From: Chthoniobacterales bacterium
GTDB taxonomy: Bacteria > Verrucomicrobiota > Verrucomicrobiia > Chthoniobacterales > JAATET01
Assembly: GCA_041748215.1 (NCBI GenBank)
Contig: JBGTDR010000176.1
Coordinates: 213 to 64,212, forward strand
Length of the DNA: 64,000 nucleotides
Direction of reading: 5' to 3'
Positions within the stretch are counted from its first letter, which is position 1. Each line of letters starts with the position of its first letter. A program made the translations under genes and the position numbers. The notes beneath the pieces were generated by a model. That model searched no databases, had not been told where the DNA came from, and worked only from the letters and a program-made list of their open reading frames with translations. Below, one piece after another: positions 38,677-47,671 of this stretch.

Positions 38677-39917
38677 AAATTGAGCAGCGGTTGTGAGGCG
38701 GGAGCTTTTTCCGCGGTGGGCACCATGGCCAAAGCCGCTCGCGCGATCATAAGTTCCTCGTCGGTGGGAACCACCATCGCCAGCAATCCCGCCGATGATT
38801 CACGCGTGATTCGGCCCTGCGCGCCGGCTCCGTGCGTCGCATTCAGGTCCGGGTCGAGCTCGGGATTCCACACCCGCAGGTGGCCGAGTGTGGCAGCCCG
38901 CGTCGCCGCAGAATTTTCGCCGATCCCTGCGGTAAAAACCAGCGCGTCCACTCGTTCCAGTCCGGCAGCCATGGCGAGAATTTCCTTCGCCAAACGATAA
39001 ACGAACATGCGTCGGGCCAGGTCCGCCCGCGCGTGGCCAAGCCCCACCTCGGCTTCGATGGCGCGCATGTCGTTGCTGACACCTGACACACCGAGCAGGC
39101 CGCTGCCGCGATTGAGCAGGTCGGTGATGGCCGCAAGATCAAGCCCCTCCAGCTCGTGCAGCGTGAGATGGAGATTGGGATCCACGCTCCCGCTGCGCGT
39201 CCCCATCATGAGTCCGTCGAGCGGCGTGAGTCCCATTGACGTATCGACGCTCCGCCCGCCCGCGACCGCGCAAACGCTGCATCCGTTGCCAAGGTGGGCG
39301 ACGATCAGATTGGTCTCCTCAGGCGGCTTGCCGATTCGCCGTGCCGTTTCCCGCGCGACGTATTCGTGGCTTGTTCCGTGAAAGCCGTAGCGCCGCAACC
39401 GGTGTTTTTCGTAGAGCTCGTGAGGGATCGCGTAATGAAACGCCGCGTCCGGCATCGTCTGGTGAAAAGCCGTATCAAACACGCCGACCTGTGGAACGTC
39501 GGGAAAAAACGCGCGCGCGATCCGGATCCCCGTCACGTTTGCCGGATTGTGCAGCGGGGCAAATCGCGCGCATTCCTCGATCCGCTCAATTGCCGCGTCG
39601 TCCAGAAGGGCCGGTCCGGAAAAATACTCGCCTCCGTGGACAACGCGATGGCCCACCGCCACGGGACGCACACGTGAGGCATCCGATGTGCCCAGCCAGG
39701 TCATGATCGCTTCAAGTGCCTCGCCGTGCCCCGCCCCCGGAATCGCCCGCTCCCCGCGCTCGCCAGCAACCGTCCCGGTCAATTCCGCTTCCGCCGTGCC
39801 CAATCGCTGAGCGAGGCCGGACGCAAAACGTTTCCCGCTTTCCGCGCCGATGAGCGCAAACTTGAGGCTCGAACTGCCGCAATTGATCACCAGCGCCGCG
39901 TGCTCTATGCCATCCAT
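38673..39917 (-). CDS. ackA: Acetate kinase
   Basis: LVINCGSSSLK, GHRVVHGG, APLHNP, FDTAFH, YGFHGTSH, HLGNG, FTAGIGEN. Confidence 0.97.
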   Translation of the reverse strand: MDGIEHAALVINCGSSSLKFALIGAESGKRFASGLAQRLGTAEAELTGTVAGERGERAIPGAGHGEALEAIMTWLGTSDASRVRPVAVGHRVVHGGEYFSGPALLDDAAIERIEECARFAPLHNPANVTGIRIARAFFPDVPQVGVFDTAFHQTMPDAAFHYAIPHELYEKHRLRRYGFHGTSHEYVARETARRIGKPPEETNLIVAHLGNGCSVCAVAGGRSVDTSMGLTPLDGLMMGTRSGSVDPNLHLTLHELEGLDLAAITDLLNRGSGLLGVSGVSNDMRAIEAEVGLGHARADLARRMFVYRLAKEILAMAAGLERVDALVFTAGIGENSAATRAATLGHLRVWNPELDPDLNATHGAGAQGRITRESSAGLLAMVVPTDEELMIARAALAMVPTAEKAPASQPLLNL

Positions 39918-40043
39918 CGACGCGCACATTCGCAGGCCAGCGACTTTCCGTGGAGCCGAATCGACCCGATCCGTGTAACGGTTCCGTCAAAAACGTGACC
40001 CGGCGGACGGCGCGCTGAGTTAGCGCGAAGACGGTCTCGCGTT

Positions 40044-40406
40044 TTATTCGAGGCCGAGCCGTTTGACGCCGGCTTCGTCGAGTCCAAGAAAATGGCCGAT
40101 TTCGTGCAGCAGAGTGACCCGCACCTCCTCGCGGAAGTGTTTTTCCCGCCCGCCGCAGTACATCCAGATGTTCCGCGTCCAGATTCGGATCCGCGGCGGT
40201 TGCATCCAATCGGCGCGGCCCACGACCTCGCCCTCGAAAAGCCCCAGCCAGTCGGCACCGATCCCGCCGGCGATGTCATCACGTGACGGCAACTCCTCGA
40301 CAAAAACCGGCACACCGCTCACCGCGTCCGCGATTTCTCCGGGCAATTCCGCCAGCGTGCGCTCGATCTGCTCCTCCGCCAGCTCGGCGAGTCGTTCCGG
40401 TTCCAT
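40044..40406 (-). CDS. Minimal zincin metallopeptidase (Zincin_1-like)
   Basis: LGLFEG, PPRIRIW, EVRVTLLHEIGHFLGLDE (HExxH). Alternative GTG start at 40409. Confidence 0.85.
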   Translation of the reverse strand: MEPERLAELAEEQIERTLAELPGEIADAVSGVPVFVEELPSRDDIAGGIGADWLGLFEGEVVGRADWMQPPRIRIWTRNIWMYCGGREKHFREEVRVTLLHEIGHFLGLDEAGVKRLGLE

Positions 40407-40418
40407 CACTACGTCCGG

Positions 40419-40446
40419 AGCGTACCGCTCCGCACCGGCGAGGCAA
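40419..40446 (-). promoter_or_regulatory. Putative sigma70 promoter for the zincin gene
   Basis: TTGCCT-16 nt-TACGCT, ending 9 nt before GTG 40409. Confidence 0.45.
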
Positions 40447-40526
40447 GGACCGCGTTTGCACGGACGCGCCGCGCGCCGACTTTCTCCTTGGGTCGTCTCG
40501 CGGCGCGGGCTACTTGTGCGCAGCCT

Positions 40527-41630
40527 ATGTTTTTCCAGCCCCGCTACGTCAAGGAGGCGCGCACCTATTGCGACGCCGCCCGTCGCATCCAGCGTTACAA
40601 GTTCGACCTGCTCACCGACGATCAGAATGCAGCCATCGACAAGGCCATCGCCGAGCTGGCGGCCGCTGCCAAAGCTCGCAATCCCGGGGCCGTACACGAG
40701 CGAATACAGGATCTGGAGAAAACCGTCGGCCGTATCGTGCCCCCCACGAAACACGCGGGTTGGCGGGAAAACTGCGAAGTCATTCTTGTTGCAATCGTCA
40801 TCGCTGCCGGGGTGCGCGCCTACCTGCTCGAACCTTTCAAAATCCCAACCGGCTCGATGCAGCCGACGCTTAACGGCATCATCGCCCGCCGCACCGAAGC
40901 ACCCCCGCCAAATCCTCTCGTCCGCGCTTTCGATTTCGTCGTTCGTGGCCGCACGTTTCTCAACGTGGTCGCGAAACAGGACGAAGTTGTGGTGAGCATG
41001 TCGGAGCGCTCGTATCTGAATTATTTCACGTTTACCGACATCATCTGTGACCGCGGACGCTACTCCGTTTTTGCGCCGATCATCCAGGTCAGGGAGTCCT
41101 TCGGCGTCGCTCCGGGGCGCCTCTACAAGGCAGGCGAACCCATCGTTCGCGGCTACGTGGACAACGGGGATTTTGTCCTCGTCAACAAACTGGCCTACAA
41201 CTTCGTGCCCCCTGCGCGTGGCGACGTTTTCGTTTTCAAAACCACCGGCATCACCCGCATCGAGGAGGGCCTGAACCCGGCGTTTGGATCGCAGCATTAC
41301 ATCAAACGCCTCGTTGGCCTGCCCGGTGACAATCTCCGGATCGATCCACCCAATCTTTACGTGGACGGGAAACTTGCCTCCGAGAAAGTCATCCAGCGCG
41401 TGATGGCGGCGACCAATGGCTACCGTGGTTACACCAACGCCGGCGGACTTTACCTTGTCGATCCGCAGAGTGACTTCACCGTCCCACCCGAACGTTATTT
41501 TGCACTCGGCGACAACAGCAATAATTCCGCCGACAGCCGCTCGTGGGGATTTGTTCCGGCCGACAACGTGACCGGAAAAGGTTTTGTCGTCTTCTGGCCA
41601 TTCTCCGGCCGGTGGGGATTTATCGAATAA
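40527..41630 (+). CDS. lepB: Signal peptidase I with an N-terminal helical extension
   Basis: PFKIPTGSMQPTL (Ser), YIKRLVGLPGD (Lys), GDNSNNSADSRSWG. Confidence 0.94.
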   Translation: MFFQPRYVKEARTYCDAARRIQRYKFDLLTDDQNAAIDKAIAELAAAAKARNPGAVHERIQDLEKTVGRIVPPTKHAGWRENCEVILVAIVIAAGVRAYLLEPFKIPTGSMQPTLNGIIARRTEAPPPNPLVRAFDFVVRGRTFLNVVAKQDEVVVSMSERSYLNYFTFTDIICDRGRYSVFAPIIQVRESFGVAPGRLYKAGEPIVRGYVDNGDFVLVNKLAYNFVPPARGDVFVFKTTGITRIEEGLNPAFGSQHYIKRLVGLPGDNLRIDPPNLYVDGKLASEKVIQRVMAATNGYRGYTNAGGLYLVDPQSDFTVPPERYFALGDNSNNSADSRSWGFVPADNVTGKGFVVFWPFSGRWGFIE

Positions 41631-41645
41631 CCTGGACTGCAGCCG

Positions 41646-42194
41646 TCACCGATCGGGCCGCAATTTGCCGACAAATTCGACAAATCCCGCGGCCTGACCA
41701 CGCAACCGCTTGAGAAGTTCCGCGTCAGTGATCCCGGAGTCGTCGATCACGCCATTGATCCCCGGCATGAACGTCCGCTCGGGATAGATGAATGCGTTCC
41801 GGTAGCCGAAGATGTGCTGGAGCTGCTCGAGCGCCCGCAACGCGCCCCAATTGCCCGCCGCCAGTCCCACAAAACATACCGGACGACGCTCGAAACTTTC
41901 CGGGAACGGCAGCATATCGATGAAATATTTCAAAACCCCTGGCATGCTTCCGTTGTATTCCGGACTCACGACCACCAGTCCGTCCGAAGCCAGAATGCGA
42001 TTCGAAAAGTTTTCGACGAATGCCGGCGGCTTTTCCGCGTACGAGGTCGGGGAAAAAATCTCCGGCGGCAGGTCCGCGAGGTCGAGCACGTCCGCGGGCG
42101 TTCCCACTTCCGCATAAAGAGCCTCGAGAGTTTTCACAACCCGGCGCGTGTTGCTGTCAGGACGATTCGTGCCGGCGAGAATGGTGATCTTCAT
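41646..42194 (-). CDS. NAD(P)H-dependent FMN reductase
   Basis: GTNRPDSNT, SPEYNGSMPGVLKYFID. Confidence 0.9.
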   Translation of the reverse strand: MKITILAGTNRPDSNTRRVVKTLEALYAEVGTPADVLDLADLPPEIFSPTSYAEKPPAFVENFSNRILASDGLVVVSPEYNGSMPGVLKYFIDMLPFPESFERRPVCFVGLAAGNWGALRALEQLQHIFGYRNAFIYPERTFMPGINGVIDDSGITDAELLKRLRGQAAGFVEFVGKLRPDR

Positions 42195-42256
42195 GCCAGC
42201 CCGATAACACGATCCCGGAGCTCAGGCCAGCGCGAGCACCGGCGAACAGGAAATCC

Positions 42257-42892
42257 TCAGGCGGCTGTCTCGATCAAAAACGTGCATTCGTACAACCCAC
42301 CGACTGCCTCCACCCGGCGCTGCACTCGCGCTCCCAGCAGTTTTTCAAACATGTCACGTTCCATGTTTCCGGCCTCCGGATACGCTTCGAGCAGGTCGCG
42401 GATCGGACTGTGGCGCTCGACGATCCTCAGGCCGTCTTCCGTCTGAAGTTCTGCAAGGCAACCCTCGCGATTCCGAAGGCGCACCAGCCACTTCGCCCGT
42501 TCTTCCGGAGTTTCGCCCCGCAATTTCGCGGCGTAGTCGACCGCGCGATCCCGGAACACGACAAAAAGCAATTTGCCGGGCGCGGTGAGCCCGTAAAGTT
42601 GCCGGGCTGCATCAAGAACAGCCAGGGTGACGGCGTTGGCCGCCTCGGGAAACAGGTCGTTGGCTTTACTCGTGAGCCGGTAAAGCATCTCCGGCCGGCC
42701 GATCGGTTTGGGATTCCGCCACGTGTCGAGGTACCCCTCGCGCTCCAGCTCGATGCAGTGCTGTTTGATTCCCATGTAGCTCATGTCGAGCCGCCGCGCG
42801 ATCTCACGAACCGGCAGTCCTTTTGACTGCTTGAGCTCGCAAACGATCGAAAGCCGCTGGGTGCGGCCAATTTCCGACAGGAGACGATTCAC
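42257..42892 (-). CDS. Winged-helix transcriptional regulator, SufR-like architecture
   Basis: EIARRLDMSYMGIKQHCIELEREG, GRPEMLYRLT...FP; C-terminal ERHSPI...ECTF; GTG start. Confidence 0.82.
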   Translation of the reverse strand: MNRLLSEIGRTQRLSIVCELKQSKGLPVREIARRLDMSYMGIKQHCIELEREGYLDTWRNPKPIGRPEMLYRLTSKANDLFPEAANAVTLAVLDAARQLYGLTAPGKLLFVVFRDRAVDYAAKLRGETPEERAKWLVRLRNREGCLAELQTEDGLRIVERHSPIRDLLEAYPEAGNMERDMFEKLLGARVQRRVEAVGGLYECTFLIETAA

Positions 42893-42969
42893 GAGGGATC
42901 AAACACCGCCGGAAGTCTAAGGCACCTCCCGGGCGATGGCGACCAACAACGTGCGCAGTCTCAAGCCCG

Positions 42970-44409
42970 TCAGGGTTTCAAAATCGCGAACGTTTTCACG
43001 CTGCCACGATTGATGTTCAGCATGAGAGCGCGTCCCTTGGCGTTTGCGAGGGCCGCCATGAAGTCTTCCTCCGAACGCACGGCCTGCTCGTTGACCGCGG
43101 TGATCACGTCGCCAACCTGCAGCTGGGCAGTTTGCGCCGGGCTGCTGTTTTCGACATTGGTCACCACCACCCCCTGATCCGCCTGCAACTCCATCAAGGT
43201 TGCCAGATCGGGCGTGATCGTTTTGATCTCCAATCCGGCCGTGGGCTGCGGCATGTTGCGATTGAGCTGCGGGCGCGGCTGCTGATTCGCCGCGCGGATC
43301 AATCCGTCGATCCGCTCTGCGATGCGCACCTTTACCGTTTGCGTGCGGTTGCCGCGCAGCACCTCAAGCTGCACGTCCTGCCCGATTTCCGTCGCCAGGA
43401 TCGACTTTTGCAGCTCGCTCGAATTTCTCACCTCGCGGCCGTCGACTTTCAGAATCACGTCACCGGGCTGCAGCTCGCTTCGAGCGGCCGGAGTCCCCGG
43501 CTGAATCTCCCGCACGAAGACCCCCCCAGTCATCCCGGGGAACTGTGGCGAACGGTTCGGATTCTCCACGATGTCTTCGATACTGATCCCAAGCCATGGG
43601 CGGATAAATCGGCCGTTTTCGACGATCTGGGACGCAATTTTTTTCGCGATGTTGATCGGAATCGCAAACCCCAGGCCCCGGTTCACTCCGTTGATCATGG
43701 TATTCACACCGATCACCCGGCCATCGATGTCCACAAGCGGCCCACCGCTGTTGCCCGGATTGATCGACGCATCGGTCTGAATGTATTCCTCGTAGTCGGG
43801 ATTGGTCGGCACGAGTTTCGTGCGGCCGGTCGCTCCCACGATGCCGAACGTGAACGTGTATCTCAGGTCGTACGGAGCGCCGATCGCAAAGGCGAACTCG
43901 CCGACACGCACCTTGTCGCTGTCCCCCATCTCGATCACCGGGAGGTCGTTTGCCTCCACCTTGATCACGGCGAGATCCGACGACGGATCAACCCCGACGA
44001 TGCTCGCGGGAAATTCCCGACCGTCCAGCAGAGTCACCCGGACCTGCCCCCGATCACCGCCCTCGAGCACGTGATTATTCGTCAGAATGTAGCCGTCCGA
44101 CGTCATGATAAATCCCGAACCTTGATTGGCGCCCGGGGTCATCCCCGGCGGCAGGGAATCGAATCCCGACGGATCCTGGAAAAAATTCTGCAGCATTTGA
44201 GCCGACGATTGGGGGTCGGCGGTGGGAGCGGACTCGACCTCGATGACCACCACGCTCGACGAGACTTTTTCGTAAACGTCAGCGAACGCGTTGCTGAGCC
44301 CGCGCGCCCAATCGGCGGCGGTGGAATTTTGTTGCGCGGGCAGATCCGAGACGACCGCGCCGAATGCAGTGACCAGGGCCAGGGTAAACAGGGAAATCGT
44401 CGGTTTCAT
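42970..44409 (-). CDS. HtrA/DegP serine protease with two PDZ domains
   Basis: Signal peptide; GSGF, TNNHV, DLAVIK, QTDASINPGNSGGPL; two PDZ domains. Confidence 0.94.
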   Translation of the reverse strand: MKPTISLFTLALVTAFGAVVSDLPAQQNSTAADWARGLSNAFADVYEKVSSSVVVIEVESAPTADPQSSAQMLQNFFQDPSGFDSLPPGMTPGANQGSGFIMTSDGYILTNNHVLEGGDRGQVRVTLLDGREFPASIVGVDPSSDLAVIKVEANDLPVIEMGDSDKVRVGEFAFAIGAPYDLRYTFTFGIVGATGRTKLVPTNPDYEEYIQTDASINPGNSGGPLVDIDGRVIGVNTMINGVNRGLGFAIPINIAKKIASQIVENGRFIRPWLGISIEDIVENPNRSPQFPGMTGGVFVREIQPGTPAARSELQPGDVILKVDGREVRNSSELQKSILATEIGQDVQLEVLRGNRTQTVKVRIAERIDGLIRAANQQPRPQLNRNMPQPTAGLEIKTITPDLATLMELQADQGVVVTNVENSSPAQTAQLQVGDVITAVNEQAVRSEEDFMAALANAKGRALMLNINRGSVKTFAILKP

Positions 44410-44417
44410 CGTCCGGG

Positions 44418-44445
44418 AAAATACCGTCGCGTGTTGTGTTTTCAA
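44418..44445 (-). promoter_or_regulatory. Putative sigma70 promoter, leaderless geometry, for htrA
   Basis: TTGAAA-16 nt-TATTTT, ending 8 nt before ATG 44409. Confidence 0.55.
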
Positions 44446-44469
44446 GTCGCAGACCGCAAATTGACACTT

Positions 44470-44492
44470 CTGGCACAAGAAATGCATTGTGC
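44470..44492 (+). promoter_or_regulatory. Putative sigma54 (-24/-12) promoter overlapped by an inverted repeat
   Basis: CTGGCACAAGAAATGCA has GG(44472-3)-N10-GC(44484-5). The palindrome GCACAA-N8-TTGTGC spans 44473-44492. Confidence 0.55.
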
Positions 44493-44554
44493 GCTCCGAC
44501 CGTAAGTGCATGTTCTGCAAACGGAACGCCCAAAAACGCCAACCCGACGCGCCG

Positions 44555-46081
44555 ATGCCCAATAATCCAGGAAAAAGCTCCACGAGACGTGACGGATTTC
44601 AGCTCCGTACGATTTCGGAAGAATCACAGCCAATCGCAGAGGATTATTCGAAGGGGGAAATCCTGACGACCGCCGACTACGCCCAGCTCGGCGACCTGCC
44701 CCACGGTTACGGTGACGACATGATTTTCCTTGTGGCTCAGGAGCCCCACTGGCTTTTCACTTACTGGGACATCGACATCTCGCGTCACCGCGGTGGTCCG
44801 ACGATTCTGCGGTATGCGCTCGAGTCCGGAGAGATCGAGGGCGAGATCGAAGTGCCGTTTGAGACGCGGAATTGGTACATCCCGGTCCGGCACGCCGTTT
44901 GCGCCTACGTGGTTGAAATTGGCTCTTACCGGGCTGGTGAGTGGCAGCCGCTGGCACGCTCGATCCCGGTCGAAACACCCCCGGAGGGTCTGTCGGAGTC
45001 GGAGGATTTCCGTTTTGCAACGGTGCCGTTTCACCTGAGTTTTCAGCGCTTGATCGACAATCTGGAAATCACCGCACGCACGGGCGGCGGGCTCATCGAC
45101 GTCGTTGCCGGCATGCAAAGCGGCGGCGATTTTTCCGCATTCGGGTCCGTCGGCTTCACGACATTGCTCAACGATCAACAGCGCGCCATTCTTGCCGCCC
45201 TGCTCGGCCCGGACCTCCTCGAACAATTGTCGAGCGGTGGTTTGAGTTCCGCCGAGATGGAAATTCTCATCCGGACGTATCTCGAAGAGCAGCTCAGCTC
45301 CGGCGGTGCCAGCGAAGCTCTCGTCATGCGTTTTCATGAAATTGCCGGTTCGGGGCAACTCTTTAGCGGCGGAGCATTTTCGCTCTCGAGTGAATCCCTG
45401 GCTTCGTGGACCGCGACCGAAATTTCCAGCTGGGCCATCGGCGCAGTCACGAGCTGGAATGCCGGGCCCGTGACAAGTTGGACCGGCGATACGAGCTGGA
45501 CCGGAGGAGCCAGCGGCGGATCGAGCTGGAGCCAGGAAACCCTCACGAGCTGGTTGCAGGGCGCTGAAACCAGCGGATTTGCCGCCACGCTTTCGAGCTG
45601 GCTGCAGGGTGCAACCTCGAGTTGGGCTCAATTCCCGACAACGAGCTGGCTGCAGGGAATGCAATCGAGCTGGGCCGGTGCTGCTCTGTCGAGCTGGTCG
45701 GAAGGAGCCCTCTCGAGCTGGTCGGCAGCAGCGGTCACCAGTTGGGGCGGTTCGGAAACCGTCAGTTCGTTCGGGCTGCCGAAACCGCGCGAATTCCGCA
45801 TGCACGTCAACGCGGAAGTCATCTTTTACGGTGGCACCGACCCCGACGCACACGTCACCATCGACGGCAAGCCGATCGTCCTCGGGCCCGACGGCACGTT
45901 TCATTATCATTTTGTCTTCCCGAACGAAGATTACGAGATCCCCATCGTGGCCGAGTCTCCCGATGGCGTGGAAGTCCGTCGCGCTGTCCTCCGCTTCTCA
46001 CGCGAAACGCTCAAGACCGGTGACGTGCGCGATACCGCGCAACCCGATCTCGGTTCCCCCATGGGTCACCGAAGTGCGTGA
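44555..46081 (+). CDS. DUF4912-family protein with an internal Ser/Thr-Trp repeat region
   Basis: LPHGYGDDMIFLVAQEPHWLFTYWDI, NWYIPV, LARSIPVETP; C-terminal VNAEVIFYGGTDPDAHVTIDG...PDGTF. Confidence 0.85.
   Translation: MPNNPGKSSTRRDGFQLRTISEESQPIAEDYSKGEILTTADYAQLGDLPHGYGDDMIFLVAQEPHWLFTYWDIDISRHRGGPTILRYALESGEIEGEIEVPFETRNWYIPVRHAVCAYVVEIGSYRAGEWQPLARSIPVETPPEGLSESEDFRFATVPFHLSFQRLIDNLEITARTGGGLIDVVAGMQSGGDFSAFGSVGFTTLLNDQQRAILAALLGPDLLEQLSSGGLSSAEMEILIRTYLEEQLSSGGASEALVMRFHEIAGSGQLFSGGAFSLSSESLASWTATEISSWAIGAVTSWNAGPVTSWTGDTSWTGGASGGSSWSQETLTSWLQGAETSGFAATLSSWLQGATSSWAQFPTTSWLQGMQSSWAGAALSSWSEGALSSWSAAAVTSWGGSETVSSFGLPKPREFRMHVNAEVIFYGGTDPDAHVTIDGKPIVLGPDGTFHYHFVFPNEDYEIPIVAESPDGVEVRRAVLRFSRETLKTGDVRDTAQPDLGSPMGHRSA
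45401..45745 (+). repeat. Coding repeat of 14 [S/T/A]SW units at roughly 8-residue spacing
   Basis: ASWTATEISSWAIGAVTSWNAGPVTSW...LSSWSEGALSSWSAAAVTSW; recurrent CGAGCTGG at DNA level. Confidence 0.9.
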
Positions 46082-46158
46082 CGACCAACCGGTCTGTTTC
46101 GCTTTCTTCACCCATCCGCGTGGCGGCAAACGTGCGGCGCTGAATTTGGGGCGTTGTT

Positions 46159-47052
46159 ATGACAGCCAAACGTGACCCGCTCGCGGACGCCTTTTTTACT
46201 TACCTCGAAGGCGAACGGAACGCGTCACGCCACACTCTCACTGCCTACCGCCACGCCCTCGCCGAATTCCGGCGATTCCGACCCGATAGCAGCTGGCGCA
46301 CCGCGACGGCCGAGGACTTCCGCGATTTCCTCTTCGACCTCATGCAGCGCAAGCAGTCGCGAGCCACGATTCTCCGAACGTTCGCCGCGCTTCGGAGTTT
46401 TTATCGATTCCTCGTCGAGCGAAAAAATCTCGGGGCGAACGTTCTGAAGTCGGTGCAATTGCCCAAGGCACAAAAACAACTGCCGGGCTTTCTCACGGTC
46501 CGTCAGGTGCTCGATTTGCTGGAGGCACCCGCGGCTGCGCCGGTCGAAAAACAAGCTCCCGCCTGGGCACCCTTGCGCGACACCGCAATCCTTGAGCTTT
46601 TTTATTCCACCGGAATTCGCTTGTCCGAGCTCGCGTCGCTCGACGTCAACGATATCGACCCATATTCCGAGACACTCCGCGTGATTGGCAAAGGCTCGAA
46701 AGAACGGGTCTGTCCGGTTGGCGGCCCGGCTCTCGAGGCGATCTCGCGTTACCGCCACGCCGCCGGAGTCCAATCCGGCCCCCTCTTTCTCAATAAATCC
46801 CGCCGCCGGATTTCAACGCATGCCATTTGGGCGCGCGTCAAAAAGTATCTGGTCCAGGCCGGCCTGCCCGCCACGATCAGTCCGCACAAATTGCGCCACA
46901 GCTTCGCGACCCACCTGCTCGACAATGGAGCCGACCTCCGCAGCCTCCAGACATTGCTCGGCCATGCCAGCCTCTCGACGACCCAAATTTACACCCACGT
47001 GAGCACCGAACGCCTCAAACGCGCTTACGCCGAAGCCCATCCACGTGCTTGA
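46159..47052 (+). CDS. xerC: Tyrosine recombinase XerC/XerD family
   Basis: ERNASRHTLTAY, RDTAILELFYSTGIRLSE, GKGSKER, HKLRHSFATH, LLGH, TTQIYTH. Confidence 0.88.
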   Translation: MTAKRDPLADAFFTYLEGERNASRHTLTAYRHALAEFRRFRPDSSWRTATAEDFRDFLFDLMQRKQSRATILRTFAALRSFYRFLVERKNLGANVLKSVQLPKAQKQLPGFLTVRQVLDLLEAPAAAPVEKQAPAWAPLRDTAILELFYSTGIRLSELASLDVNDIDPYSETLRVIGKGSKERVCPVGGPALEAISRYRHAAGVQSGPLFLNKSRRRISTHAIWARVKKYLVQAGLPATISPHKLRHSFATHLLDNGADLRSLQTLLGHASLSTTQIYTHVSTERLKRAYAEAHPRA

Positions 47053-47065
47053 AGATCGCGGACAC

Positions 47066-47099
47066 AAAAAACCGGCGGCCGATTTTTATCAGCCGCCGG
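47066..47099 (-). terminator. Rho-independent terminator after rpmB and the small gene
   Basis: On the minus strand CCGGCGGCTGAT-AAAA-ATCGGCCGCCGG, followed by TTTTTT. Confidence 0.8.
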
Positions 47100-47124
47100 G
47101 ACTCGAAGGAAATAATCGCGAGCG

Positions 47125-47328
47125 TTAGCGTTTCTTTTTCAACAACGGCAAACCCGTCTTTTCGTTTTCGGAGACCTCGTAACCTTCCGGCAGTGCGTCG
47201 AGCGCGCCTTCACCAACGGCTCCGGCAAAATAATACAGGCTGACTTCCTGGCCACCACGGAGCTTCTGACGACGGTGATGAAGATTGTAGGTTTTTCCGG
47301 ATTTTTTGCTGACTACGGTAAACGCCAT
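47125..47328 (-). CDS. Small basic hypothetical protein (67 aa)
   Basis: SKKSGKTYNLH...LRGGQEVSLYYF...LPEGYEVSENEKTGLPLLKK; lies between rpmB and a terminator. Confidence 0.8.
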   Translation of the reverse strand: MAFTVVSKKSGKTYNLHHRRQKLRGGQEVSLYYFAGAVGEGALDALPEGYEVSENEKTGLPLLKKKR

Positions 47329-47371
47329 GTTCTGATTGGGTGGGTTGGTTGTTCTGACTGTGAGGGGTGAA

Positions 47372-47638
47372 TTATTTCACGAGCTCCGCTGCCCGCAGCG
47401 TCTGGTAGGCACCATTCTTGGCGATCGTTTTGAGCGCCCGCGCCGTGACTTTGACGGTCACAAATTTTTTCAGCTCAGGCACCCAGATCCGCTTTTTGTG
47501 CAGATTGGGAGCGAACTCGCGTGGGACGACTTTGGTGACGTGCATGCCGATGCCGCCCTTTTTTTTGGCCAGACCGCGACGGTGAATCTTCGATCCACGG
47601 GACGGTTTGGCACCGGTAATTTGACAAACTCTGGACAT
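47372..47638 (-). CDS. rpmB: 50S ribosomal protein L28
   Basis: MSRVCQITG, REFAPNLHKKRIW, VKVTARALKTI. Confidence 0.95.
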   Translation of the reverse strand: MSRVCQITGAKPSRGSKIHRRGLAKKKGGIGMHVTKVVPREFAPNLHKKRIWVPELKKFVTVKVTARALKTIAKNGAYQTLRAAELVK

Positions 47639-47671
47639 AAAAATCTTGGTAACGTGATTTGAGGAGTGGGG

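Noticed and set aside
44468-44495. CIRCE (HrcA operator) near htrA
   Set aside because: The arms and the 8-nt spacer do not match TTAGCACTC-N9-GAGTGCTAA.
45401-45745. Recurrent CGAGCTGG as a CRISPR or non-coding repeat array
   Set aside because: The units are short, in frame and vary at synonymous positions, so this is a protein-level repeat; no cas genes are present.
46159-47052. Tyrosine recombinase as a phage or island integrase
   Set aside because: Its length (297 aa) and motifs fit housekeeping XerC/XerD; no arm-binding domain, att sites or cargo genes are evident.
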